A stretch of 64,000 nt of DNA from Callorhinchus milii. Its lineage: Eukaryota. The notes beneath the pieces were generated by a model that had not been told where the DNA came from, ran no database searches, and worked only from the letters and a program-made list of their open reading frames with translations. The stretch is from positions 136,216,001 through 136,280,000 of the forward strand of contig NW_024704742.1 in the NCBI RefSeq assembly GCF_018977255.1. Direction: 5' to 3'. Of this stretch, positions 13,211 to 25,964 are shown piece by piece (position 1 is the stretch's first letter; every line of letters begins with the position of its first letter). Position numbers and translations under genes: made by a program.

Positions 13211-13805
13211 CACACACACATTGCTAACACCACCGCCCCCATACACACACACGCACACACACACAGTGACACCAGCCACACACACACACACACACAGTGA
13301 CACCAGCCACACACGCACACACACATAGTGACACCTGCCCCACACACACCAGCCACATACACAATGACACGAGCCACACACACACACACACACACACACA
13401 CAGTGAAATCAGCCACACACACAAGTCCCCCCGTACACACCCACAGTGACACCAGCCACACACGGGCACACATGACACGTGCCACACACAGACACACACA
13501 AACATACACATAGTGACACCAGCCACACACAGTGACACCAGCCCCCTGCGCACACACACAATGGCACTAGCCATACCCAAACACACACACAGTGACACCA
13601 GCCACACACACACACAGTGACACTAACCACACACACACACACACACACACACAGTGACACTAATCACACACACACACATACAATGACACCAGCCACACAC
13701 ACACACACAGAGTGACACCAGCCACACACACACACAGAGTGACACCAGCCACACACACATACACACTGTAACACCAGCCGCGTCCCCCCCACACACACAG
13801 TGAGA
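13211..13805. repeat. Compound minisatellite, ~17 units of GTGACACCAGC separated by variable (CA)n
   Basis: Repeated cacaGTGACACCAGCcacac units read directly; source of the VC-repeat ORFs in the track. Confidence 0.95.
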
Positions 13806-14068
13806 CTGACTCAACATTGAGGAGAGAAACAATGTGCAACTCCAATAGCAAAGAGAACAGCTGTTACTTGAAGGATTATTCTGTGTGCCTCACAACAGTT
13901 TGGTTCTGAAATAATCTGCTGAAGATACATAAAATACATCAATTTGTTAACCAGGTTAATAAACACGGTTAAACTCTACAGTCTGATCTCTCGTTCCCCC
14001 CCTTTCCCCCTAACCCTAACGTCCTTCCCTCCCCCCTACCCTACAGGACAGTGGCTGTGAAGCGGAGC

Positions 14069-14302
<234 letters not shown>

Positions 14303-14369
14303 TTAATTGTATTAATTGCACAAAGGGCTGGTTAATTTCCACGGGGCTCACCCATGTGAAATCAAGCAT

Positions 14370-14545
14370 CATCGAACCTTACAGCGAAGAAGGAGGCCAT
14401 TCGGCCCATCGTGCCGGTGCCGGCTGTTTGGAAGAGCTATCCGAATAGACCCACTCCCTTGCTCTTACCTCCAGCACATTTTTCCCTTTCAAATACCTAT
14501 CCAATTCCCTTTTGAAAGCTATTATCGAATCTGCTTCCAAGTGGA
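14370..14545 (-). mobile_element. CR1-type LINE 3' fragment
   Basis: Translates to EADSIIAFKRELDRYLKGKN; tail ATGGGCCGAATGGCCTCCTTC. Confidence 0.75.
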
Positions 14546-15389
14546 GCCACGGGAGAGAATTGACTGTAATTTGGCTGGAACACAGGACACTAACACCAGG
14601 ACTAAAGGGCAACTTCTCAGACTGGCACTAAGTAGGAAGTGTGTTTCTGCACGGTTCTCTATTAGGACCACAACTGTTCACTCTGCAAAGAAATAATGTC
14701 CTCAGATGTTGTGTAAAAATTCAGAGGACACCAAGTTTGGGGGATATAGAAAATAATGAGGACTGAAAAGGGAAGATACAAATAGGCTTACAAGATGGGT
14801 GGGCAGATGGCAGATGAGATTTAATACAGTAAAACTCACATAAGTTTTATCGTATAATCGCCAAAGTTGTACATTCACCCGAGTCCCATTCAGTTTCCAC
14901 TTACGATTTCTTTGCACTATTCGTATTAATCACCACCTAATCCTAACGCCTCTCTCCTACCCGCCATTACTCCACATTTACTGACTGCATCAAATCATGG
15001 GAAGAGTAATCCTGACCTGTCGACCCATACGCAGAAGAACTTCATTTCCCGCGATTCCAATGCTGGTAAAATATGTGACAGTTTGCGACAGTCAGACAGC
15101 ACATGCGGCGATGGTCTACACCCGCACCTACTGGCTGAAAACTTTCATTTATTGAGTGCTTTTCACATTGGGAGGAAGTCCCAAGGTGCTGGGCAGTCAG
15201 GGTTTTCACCAAAGGGGATTAGGGGAAAGATACCCGAAGGCACGGTTAAAGAGGTCGCAAGGCAAGGTCTTGAAAATAACAAGGGAGCATAAACACGACA
15301 GCCACTAACAGATCTAACAGTAAGTTTAGGAGGAACGTCTTTGCGCAGAGGATCAGCGCGATGCTCCTCATTACTGCACAATCAGGTTA

Positions 15390-15740
<351 letters not shown>

Positions 15741-15758
15741 TCAACACAAACTCACTCA

Positions 15759-16025
<267 letters not shown>

Positions 16026-16049
16026 TTACATATAGCATATAGTATACAC

Positions 16050-16430
16050 AACAACAACATTACATTTGCATAGCACCTTTCATGTCAGGAGGACATCCCA
16101 AGACGCTGGATAATCAGTATGGGACCCGAGCTCGGGGTCGGGATCAGGGTGGGTGGAGGGCAGGGAGGAAGGAGAGTGACCGAAGGCACGGTCGAAGAGG
16201 AGGGTCTTGAGGTGGGTCTTGAAGGTGGCGATGGGGGAGCAAGGCTATGGAGCGCTTTGAAGGTGAGGATGAGTATCTTGAACTGTATCCTCTATGCGAT
16301 GGGAAGCCAGTGGAGTCGGGGGAGGATGGAGGTGATGGGGGTTGTGAAGCCTGGTGCAGGAGAGGACACGGCCTGCTGAGTTCTGGATGATCTGCAACCT
16401 GTGGAGGGAGGAGTTGGGGAGCCCGACAAG
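16050..16430 (-). mobile_element. L2 LINE 3' fragment with internal deletion
   Basis: LPNSSLHRLQIIQNSAGRVLS..LHWLPIA motifs plus family tail. Confidence 0.8.
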
Positions 16431-16704
16431 CAGATAGCACACCTATAAAAAATGTCAATGCACTCAATAGCCAATAATTAGTCCTGCCTCTGCTCCCTGA
16501 GTGTAGATAGGGCCCTTATATACATATTTTAATAACAATGCATGATTGTTACTAATATTGACAATAATTCGAGAGATGATGCTTCCCAGCTTTGTTGCAC
16601 ATTAAAGAGGAATTGCGTACTGTCTGTATTTGAACGCGGTAGCAAATGAAAGACAATTTGAAATGAATCCTGGTCCGTTTCCCCTCTTTTCTCCTCATTG
16701 CTTA

Positions 16705-17001
<297 letters not shown>

Positions 17002-17074
17002 TCAATCACTGTACTACACCCATCCTAAATACCATCTCATCGTTCTCTCGACTGTTTCACGCTTACCTTTCCAC

Positions 17075-18245
17075 TTTGTTTCTACAAAGCTTTTCCTCTA
17101 GCCCTCACACCGTCACGTGCGGCATTCCTCAGAGCTCTGTCCTTGGTCCTCTGCTCTTTAATATTTATATGCTCCCGCTCAGTGATATCATCCGGAGGCA
17201 TGGGGTTAACTTTCATATGTACACAGATGACGCCCAACTCACTTCTCTGCCTGCACCCTCGACTCTGCTGTCCTGACAGAATGTCTGTCAGACATCAAGT
17301 CCTGGATGAGAGCTACTTTTCTCAAGTTGAATGTAGATAAGACCGAGGCTCTCCTGATTGGCTCCTGTCTGCGCCTCCTCACCTCAGGCTTTGGCAGCAT
17401 CACTATTTATACAACAACTTGCAATTATATAGCACAGGGGGATGGGGGGGTGTGGGGGGTAGGTGGCTGTAAGCACGGTTGAAGAGGAAAGTTTTCAGGT
17501 GGGACTTGAAAGAGAGGAGGGGACAAGGCTGAGGGAGAGTATTCCAGAGTTTTGGGGCATAGTGGCTGAAAGAACGATCTCCGTTGGTGGGATACAGGGT
17601 GCGAGGGACGAGCAGGAGGCCGGTGCCAGTCGAGCTGAATCACCGGGTGGTGGATTGGGGTGTGAGGAGGTGTTGTCAACTGTGCTTTAAACCCCACATC
17701 CGTATCATGACCTGTTCTGCCTTCCCCCACCTCTGCAACATTGCCCACCTCTGTCACTACTTCTCCTCTCAGACCATCGAGACCTTCATCCATGCTTTCA
17801 TTTCGCTCAGGCTTAACTACTAACTCCCTGCTTGCTGGACTTCCTAACTCTTCCCTCCATAAGTTACAGATTATTCAATACTCTGTAGCTTGTGTCCGCT
17901 CCAACACCAAGCTCTGTGAGCCGATCACCCCAATCCTCACTCGGCTTCACTGACTCCTCATCCCCCAGAGGATAGAGCTCAAAATCCTCGTTCTCACTTT
18001 CTACGCCCTCCACAGTCTTGCTGGTCCCTACTCTGCAACCTACTAACACCTAGCAACCTTCCGACTCTCTCCGCTTGGCAGGCTGCGGTCTGCAGTCATC
18101 CTCCCACACCCAGCCCCATTACTCTCCACTCCTCAATTCCAACTCACAGCTCAGGAGCAAACCCTCGACTGTCCAGTGCCTTGGGGTATCCTCCTGACGT
18201 GAAAGTCACTGTGTAAATGCTGTGCAAGTTTGTTGTTGTTGTTGC
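17075..18245 (+). mobile_element. L2 LINE fragment (RT to 3' tail) interrupted at ~17410-17640 by an oppositely oriented L2 3' piece
   Basis: [31 protein letters not shown] motifs; later LPNSSLHKLQIIQYS; tail at ~18200. Confidence 0.8.
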
Positions 18246-18454
18246 TGGTGGGCTGTGCAGCAAGTGATGGCCATGGTAACTTTGCAGCTCTTTTACTCAG
18301 TTATTTTTGTAGTTAAAAAGATTACTTAAAAAGAACAAACCAAAAGTTTAACATAACCCTTGATATTATCCGTCAATTAAAACAAAACAAAAAGGCATCC
18401 CTAGTTATGAGGAGTTATGTATTTGTCAGATTTTTTTTTTACAACTGTACTGAC

Positions 18455-18505
18455 CTGGATGATTGGAAATGGGAGGCTGGTAGGCAAGTTCGTTGTGCAC
18501 TGCCC
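18455..18505 (-). CDS. SMAD4: SMAD4 51-nt coding exon (end of SMAD4 activation domain/linker)
   Basis: (W)AVHNELAYQPPISNHP; ttcccAG / GTcagt; absent from the ORF track, found by manual translation. Confidence 0.95.
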
Positions 18506-19771
18506 CTGGGAAGAAAGTTGGGAGAGAATTTCAAGTATTAAATAAATTTAGGAACATAGGAAAACAGGAACAGAGGAGGCCAATCAGCCCTGTTCCACCT
18601 GCATCAACCTTTGGCAATCTTTTAATCCTAATGTCCTGCCCTTTCACGATACCCTTCTCTTGAGGGTATGGTGAAAGATACGAACATAAGAATTTGCTCG
18701 GTGAAAGAAGACCAAGGTCCAACCAGTTCGCCTTCCACCATCTTGCCAGTCGCTTGCACATATCATATCCCAAACTATATACTGTATTCAATGAGAATAA
18801 CAGAACGTTGCAGCACAGGAGCAGAACATTTGACCTACCAAGTTTCCATTCACTCCCCACACGCGTTCATCTTCATCTTTCACAATCACTAATCTAATTG
18901 GGCTTTCAAAGGAATTTAGATTCTGCTTCAACAATGGCTTGTGGCAAAACATCCCATATTCTGAGTAAAGAAATGTTTTTCTAACTTTAATTTTTTTGTT
19001 AATATCTTAAAATTTGTGCCTACTTGTTACTAACTTATCAACTAATTACTATTTACTTATATTATTTATATTACCACATGTCAAGCGACTGCCAGGATGG
19101 TGGAAGGTGAACTGAATGGACCTTGGTCTTCTTTCGTCTCGCAAATACCTATGTTCCTATTTTCTCTATCATAACCCTTCATAAGTGTCAGCCTGATTTA
19201 ATTGGTAGTGCTCTCACCTCCGAGTCAGACGGTTGTGGGTTTAAGGTTCATACTTGGGACTTTGAACTCACAGTCCAAGCTGTCACTGCAATCCAATGCT
19301 GGGAGAAGTGTTGGATTGTCAAAGATGCCATTCTTCAGGTGGACATTAAAGATTCCACTGAAACCCGGTGACTCAGCTAATAATCCTCCAGATAAAACAT
19401 TGTTCACTCACTTTCTGACTATTTGGAGGATGTTGAAAGCCTCCATTGGTTTGTCCATTTAAGCAACTTGATTCTACAGTGCATATAAAGTCTAACTTCA
19501 CATCTCTCTTCAGTAAATTGTATTCAAGGATTTCCAATGGTTGATAAGTTGACCTGGACTGTAAGCTCAAAGCCCCAACACGAGGCTTGAACCCACAACC
19601 TTCTGATTTGGAAGGTGAGCGATAGCAAGTGAACCAGGCTGACTCTTAAAAAGAGTTTTGATAAGAGTAAATAGTAATTGATTTTTCCATTGGCTCATAA
19701 GTCAATGTCAAGTCTGTTTTATGACAGAATCCCATCCTCCCAGGTACCACCTTCGAGGTAGTGAGACTTAC

Positions 19772-19885
19772 AGTAGTGGCCAGTGTGATGTATAGCCGTG
19801 TGGTGTTGAAGATGCCCATTCTGGTGGTGGGGCAGGTTTGGGGTGTATGGTGCTGTTCTGCTTGCTGTCCAAGTTGTAGAGCTGC
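19772..19885 (-). CDS. SMAD4: SMAD4 coding exon 7 (linker/SAD)
   Basis: [37 protein letters not shown]; ttaacAG / GTaagt; 114 nt. Confidence 0.95.
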
Positions 19886-21777
19886 CTGTTAAAGTAAAAA
19901 CGGGGACGTACAAATTGTAAAATTCATCTCAAACAGAAGACTTCCACCAACATCCCTCACTTTGATGAGCGCAGAAGCCGCTCCTTTTAAAAATAATTGG
20001 TAAAATAACAATGATAATCCTTAAATTTGTCCCCTTGTATATATATTTTTTTGGTCAGCGAGGTGTCTGACACATGTGGAAACCCTTCACCACGCTTGAG
20101 AGTATCCAAAAATATTTAAAAAATGCACTGTATATGTATAATATACATTATACAAATAAAAAGTTTAAAAAAACACAATAATTATTTGGCTACTCAATCC
20201 ACAGCGGTTTGTGGGACACTACTGTGTGCAACTGGCTGCCGCATTTAGCCCACAAAATACACAGTTGATTCACTTTACGATATATTCTGTGAAGTGCTTT
20301 GAGACATCTCAATATAAGGCAAATGGAAATTATTATTATTACATAGTTAATTACTCCTTTGTGTATTTATTTCGATTTACACTCTACTTTCTTCTTGTTC
20401 TACTTTATACTTTTTTTTAATAACTCTGTTCTAGTCTGATCTGTATAAACTCGTATAATCGCCGAAGTCGCACATCTGCCCAAATCCTGTTGAATTACCT
20501 ATTATTCATATGTTTCACATAACTCATACTTTGCATAACTCATATCAAATATATATATAAAAAATAAAATGCAGACAATTCATTTCATAGTATATTCCGT
20601 GAAGCGCTTTGACGTGAAATGACGTGAAAAGGCGCTATATTAAATGCAAGGATTTATTAGTAGCATTATTTTTAAACGTATGAGTCCCAACCGATAAGAC
20701 TTATGTAACGTTTACTGTACTCCGAAATTGTAATCTAGTCAATCTCGCCCCAACTAGAGGAGAAGTAGGGAATGTTCTTAATGCATCAACTGACAATGTA
20801 ATATTTGAGCAACTAAAGGGATGAATCCTCAGGGAATGACACACTAACAAAAGCTGTAATAATTTCATCGCATATACCATTCTTAACACTGTAACAGGAA
20901 ACATTTATTACATTTTAAAAGTTTATTGTCCTGGAATTTGTAGTAAATTTTCTCCACAGCAAGGTTTCATTCCCACTGCAGTGACATCTCTCAAATAGGA
21001 ATTTGGCTAAAAATCAGATTTCAGGCTCTTTTATCAAGAAAAAATAAATAAATTTAGGTCTAAGCTGTCCCCATTATGATCCAATACCCCCAGTAAGTCT
21101 CAAACTTCTCAATAAACAAACTTCGCAGCCAGAAATAGCATCAAATTTTGAAACCTGGATAAAGCAATGAATTGAACAACAATATAATGCCCCATTGGGC
21201 GGCGGAAACACGATGCCGAGCCAGGGGGAGTTGACCGTTGGTACGGTCAAAGTGGAAGGTCTCCAGGCGCGACCTACAGATGGAGGAGGGATAGAGGAAG
21301 AACGTTCCAGAGTTTCGGGGCATAGTGGCTGAAAGCACGGCTATCAATAGCCAGGCGAGCGGCGGCAGCGGTTAATGGGTTGGGGTGGGTAAGCAGGTCG
21401 GCAAGATAGGGAAGTGCCAACTTTATACAGTCCAAATACATCTTCTCACTCTCTTCTCTCCTCTGTGAGTTTATAATGGCTGAGTTACAAGAGCTGATCG
21501 TTGGTCTACACTGAAGTAACTAATCTAAATCAGGGGGATATGATGCAGATATATTTATACTAATGGCTTAAGAGGAGCAGCGGAGAAATAAGAACCTTGT
21601 TAAAGGGAAGTATAAAAGCAGCTGCCTGGGAATATTAAAGGATGAAACAGGAGGAGCCCATGAGCCCATCAAGCCTGTTCTGCCATTTTATTACATCCTG
21701 AGCAGATATTTTTAAAAATCCCATTTACCTGCTTTTCTCGGTATCGCTGAATACACTTTATTTTGCAACTCCTTTAC

Positions 21778-22156
21778 ATAATAATCCTTACATTTGATAT
21801 AGCACCTTATCACATCTTCGAGACGTCTCAAAGCGCTTCACAGAATGTAATGTAAAGTGGATTGACTGTGTATTTTGTGGGCGAAACGCGGCAGTCGATT
21901 GCACACAGTGTCCCACAAACAGTCGTGGATTGAGTGACCAAATTATTAATTTAAATGTATTTATTATTTTGAAGTGATTGTTACCCCAGAAAAGCGATCC
22001 ACCAATCGACTAACATCCGGGTTCCTACTTACTGCTGGTAAACAGAGGCATGTGGACTAGGGAAACTTGCCCAACGTTTCACCTTGCTCAGAAATCGCAC
22101 CCAGGTCCTCTCGCTTGCAAGGTGAGTGCTCTAACCACTAAGCTACAGGACTCCAC
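21778..22156 (-). mobile_element. tRNA-headed Deu-type SINE, near full-length
   Basis: Head GTGGAGTCCTGTAGCTTAGTGGTTAGAGCAC, Deu core and L2-like tail ending (ATT)n on the - strand. Confidence 0.85.
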
Positions 22157-23320
22157 TATCTAAATCACGTACACCAATCAATTTTTCATTTAGGTCAGCG
22201 AGTTCCATACTTGTGTATCAGACTCCTACAACATAAAAGGAGGCCTCAATAATAATTACAATTAAATCATATTTAACATTAATTAGTTACTATGAACCGA
22301 TATTAAAATCTTAAACAATTAATTAGAAATTAAAATAGCTAACAAATTTTGTTTTAAATACTAGGCAAAGGATTGTAGAATGTAATGAGCTTGCCATCTC
22401 TAACAATCTTTGAACCTCCTTAAACACGACTTTCTAATTGCATAACACAAAGAAATGCTCAAGTACCAGAGCTCAGCCCATCAACAAATCAAAGACTGCA
22501 TTTCCTACATCATAACAAGTTACATTATTCAATCCAAACAGTCATGAACTAGACAATACAAATTGACATTTCTATAGACATTTCATGTCAGGAAGACATC
22601 CCAAGGCACTGAATAATCCTGGCTTGGCACCCGAGCTGGGATGGGGCGGATTCAGACAACAGAAAACCGACTAAGTGGTCAAAAACCTGTAGCAATACAA
22701 ATTACCGATGAATTTTCATGGACACATCTGAATAAGTTCCATTCCACACGTGTAAGAAATGACAAAGAGGAGAAGGCTTCAGAGATGCTTCTATTCCATT
22801 TTGTTTGAAAAAGTCATATTTAATGTTAAATATTTCAAATGCATAGCTTATCTTACTGCATTCACACACAGCTTTACACTCACTCCGCACTGGGTAAACG
22901 TTATATCTTGATGTTCTAGAATAAAAAAACGTGAACATTGAAAAGAACAAGATCTTGCCATCTAGTTCATTGTACCATAAAGTTGGTTTAATAAAAATAA
23001 AAATGGTGAGTGAATCACAGCACAAAGAACTTGTAATATAAAAAAAAGGTTTACAAAGCATACAGGAATGGAGTTAACAGGTGAAGGAATTACAGTCTTA
23101 ATTTTGCTCTAGTTTATGAACCTGTTCGAACTCTCAAGGGGCAGCCGAGGTCTGAAAATCCACCTAGTCTTAGCGTGTTGCTATTTCAGATTGTGTAAAA
23201 CTGGGGAAAATTCATAAAACCAATCTCAATTTGGAAGTTGGTTTTCTGCAGTTCTTAAAAATTAAATCGGATGTGAAGCGTTTGCCACAATTCTGTGAAA
23301 TCTTAAATTTTAAGACAAAA

Positions 23321-23770
23321 TAATAATCCTTAATTTGTATAGCACCTTATCGCGTCTTCGAGACGTCTCAAAGCCCTTCACAGAATATATTGTAAAGTGA
23401 ATTGACTGAATACCCTCCACCCCCTCCTGATCCCAACCCCAGCCTAGGTACAGATCCCTGACTGTCCAGCGCCTTGGGACGTCCTTCTGCCATGAAAGGT
23501 GTTATACAAATGTTATTTGGTATTGTGGTATTTTGTGGGTGAAACGTGGCACAAATTATGCACAGTAGTGCCCCAAAAACAGTCGTGGATTGAATTTTTT
23601 TTAAAAAAGGGATTATTACTCCTGGAAAAGCGATCCTCCAAACTGGGTTCCTACTTACTGCTAAGTAAACACAGGCGTGTGGTGTGGAGAAAGGAAACTT
23701 GTCTAATATTTCACCCTGATCGGTAATTGAACCCAGTTCCTCTCACTTGCGAGGCGAGTGCTCTAACCAA
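23321..23770 (-). mobile_element. Same SINE family, interrupted by an L2 3' tail (+, ~23412-23520)
   Basis: SINE tail and body are split around CCCTCCTGATCCCAACCCCAGC..GAAAGGTGTTATACAAATG. Confidence 0.75.
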
Positions 23771-25458
23771 TACCCTACACAAATAATCTCACAGGTTAAG
23801 ACTAGATGGAATTTCAACCCCACTACACTTCTCACCTTTTTGTTCCAGGTATAAAGGAACTAATTATGTCTGATATCTGGATTTGCCACCTTTTAGTAAC
23901 TCATTTGTCAGTGTGAGAAAGGTCTACTTTGCAGTGACAATTCTCCTCCCACTCCGTCTCAATACACTGTTATTTATTCACTTGTATCGGCTTTAAAATC
24001 ACTACCATGTAAAAGCAATATTCAGTGTAGGCAGAAACGGCAACAGATTTCTGTCTAGCAGGCAGGCCGGGTCTCCTTGGACCTGAATTGGCTCCAGTGA
24101 CATGCTTGGCTACAGAATCTCAGAATCGAGCCCATCCTCTGTGACGGTCTCTAGTTTGGTTCCCGAGCCAGGCAGGTCCGCAGTATTCCAGTGCATTGCT
24201 GATAACAGTCCTGGCTCGCCGACAGGACTCGGTAAGACAGACTGCTCACTAGGGGAAGTGAGTCGTCCCACACAGCTCCTGTTAACCCTGCAAGCCAAAG
24301 CCCTAAAGGGTGTGGATAGCCAAACATTGTCTCAATAAGGAAACAGCTTACCTCTGCAGAGATTGTCAGGAGATGCATTATCTGTGGTTTGCCCGGCAAC
24401 CCCACCATCATAGTCACTTAGCCAGATAACTGCTGATAAACACGAGACGTCACCCTTCCATGTTGAAATACAACAGCCAGGTCAGACACCAGCTTGCCCT
24501 TAGTAGCAGGTTACAATGCAGCAGTTCTATGCTCTAACTGCTTTCCCCCATTGTAATAGGAACAGAAATCTTTCCCAATGCAGGTGTCTATCGCACCATT
24601 GAAACCTGAGCAAACTTATAGGGACTGAAAATTCCTTCCAATCCAAAGAAACTGTACAATCAGTCTTGAGATATTAAGTGCAAAGTGAGCAATATCGCTG
24701 GTAAATTTGGGGCAGGGAAGGGACAGAAAGGGTGGGAGAGAGAAGAGAATGAGAGTTATGTCCAGGGCATGCTTCTTACAAACCTTTGCCTAGCTGAGAA
24801 CGGTAAAAACTGTTGGGTTCACAGGTATGATCACTCCCTCAAGGTTGGGAGATTCACAAGTATTCTTAGCACACAAACCAATAACCTCCTCTCTTCTCAC
24901 TTGTTAGTTCGCCTTTTTGTAATAATATAAGTTCCATTTTGTGGCTGACAGCTCCTTAGTCTAGGAGGAACCGCAGTGAGAAGATTTGGTCCTGAATGTC
25001 ATATCTCAGTTACTAGCAGCAGCTACATTCTGTTGAATATGTCTATCACCAGTAAAATAAAGACAGCAGGTAGGCAGGAAAGTCTTTTGAATGCAAGATC
25101 GATGTGAGACAAAACGCTGTTTAAGTTTAACACATTCCCTATCAGTACTATGACAGAATGCAGGGTGAGGGGGTGCTGAATAGTTCATCTCTGACATATT
25201 TGCGAACAGCAGTATATAAGGACTTCAAAGTGTAGTTACGCATTAACAAACAGAAAAAAAAATTCAAAAAAAACCCCTTTTGGGTTTTTTTTTGTGAAAC
25301 AAAAGCCGTTTGGGGTTTCTGTAGTAAATGTACTCAAGAGATGTTAAGCCATAATGCAGTGGGTCCCGACAAGCCACCCTTCCCAGAAAAAACATTAGCA
25401 ACACACACACGCACACAGAAGATAAAAATAGTCTCTTGGTTGCCCGCAGTTTATTTGT

Positions 25459-25964
25459 TCAGTTGTGTTTGGGTTTTTTGAAGGGCCTCCTCTCACTCCA
25501 GCAGAGTTCTGATTCAGAAGAGGCATTTGAGGGGCCGGGAGCGATCAGCTCTTCTTCGACCCACGTGGCTCCGTGCGACATCTCTGTGTTCGTAGGCTGC
25601 TGGCTAGCTCGCAGGTGTGCAAGGAGATCCTGCAGGGTTTGTCCTATTAGTTCCAGGGGGCCGCGGAGAGAGTCAATGGAGCCGCAGATGCTCTCCACGT
25701 GATCGTTCATGTCCTGGCGTAGCCCATAGATCCCCTCTTGCATCCTATGGAAACCATCAATCAACATTGCATTGTGGCACTCCGCCATTTTATATAGAGT
25801 ATCTTCAGGGACCCAAGTCAAAGGCCGGCGTCTACTTGTCCCGTTACCTGAATCCGCCCCCGGAGAATCTGGATGAATGATCTCCTGGGGTTCATCATAC
25901 TCATCATCTTCATCTTCATCTTCGTCTTCTTCAATGGTCACAAGGTTCGATGACGCCATGGTAT
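25459..25964 (-). CDS. Candidate alternative terminal exon of SMAD4 or nested gene: 166-aa ORF (acidic N-terminus, helical middle, basic C-terminus)
   Basis: Acceptor cctgtttttctcgcAG (25966-25965), then AT-ACC-ATG-G (strong Kozak); open to TGA 25461-25459; AATAAA 25455-25450 and a GU-rich element downstream. Confidence 0.55.

Larger units (their letters stand above)
9440..14068 (-). other. SMAD4: SMAD4 3'UTR (approximate extent); proximal ATTAAA at 12052-12057
   Basis: Downstream of stop codon 14069-14071; mostly unique U-rich sequence on the sense strand. Confidence 0.5.

Noticed and set aside
13144..13851. Several Val/Cys-repeat ORFs; superficially CRISPR-like repeat spacing
   Set aside because: Translations of the (CA)n minisatellite; the spacers are just CA runs and the context is vertebrate
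24351..24420. Strong donor-like CAGAG/GTAAGC on the - strand in intron 6
   Set aside because: Lies at the edge of an old repeat copy and I could not define a matching acceptor or meaningful frame
25265..25294. Small A8-CCC/GGG-T9 hairpin downstream of the candidate exon
   Set aside because: Low-complexity homopolymer pairing, likely by chance
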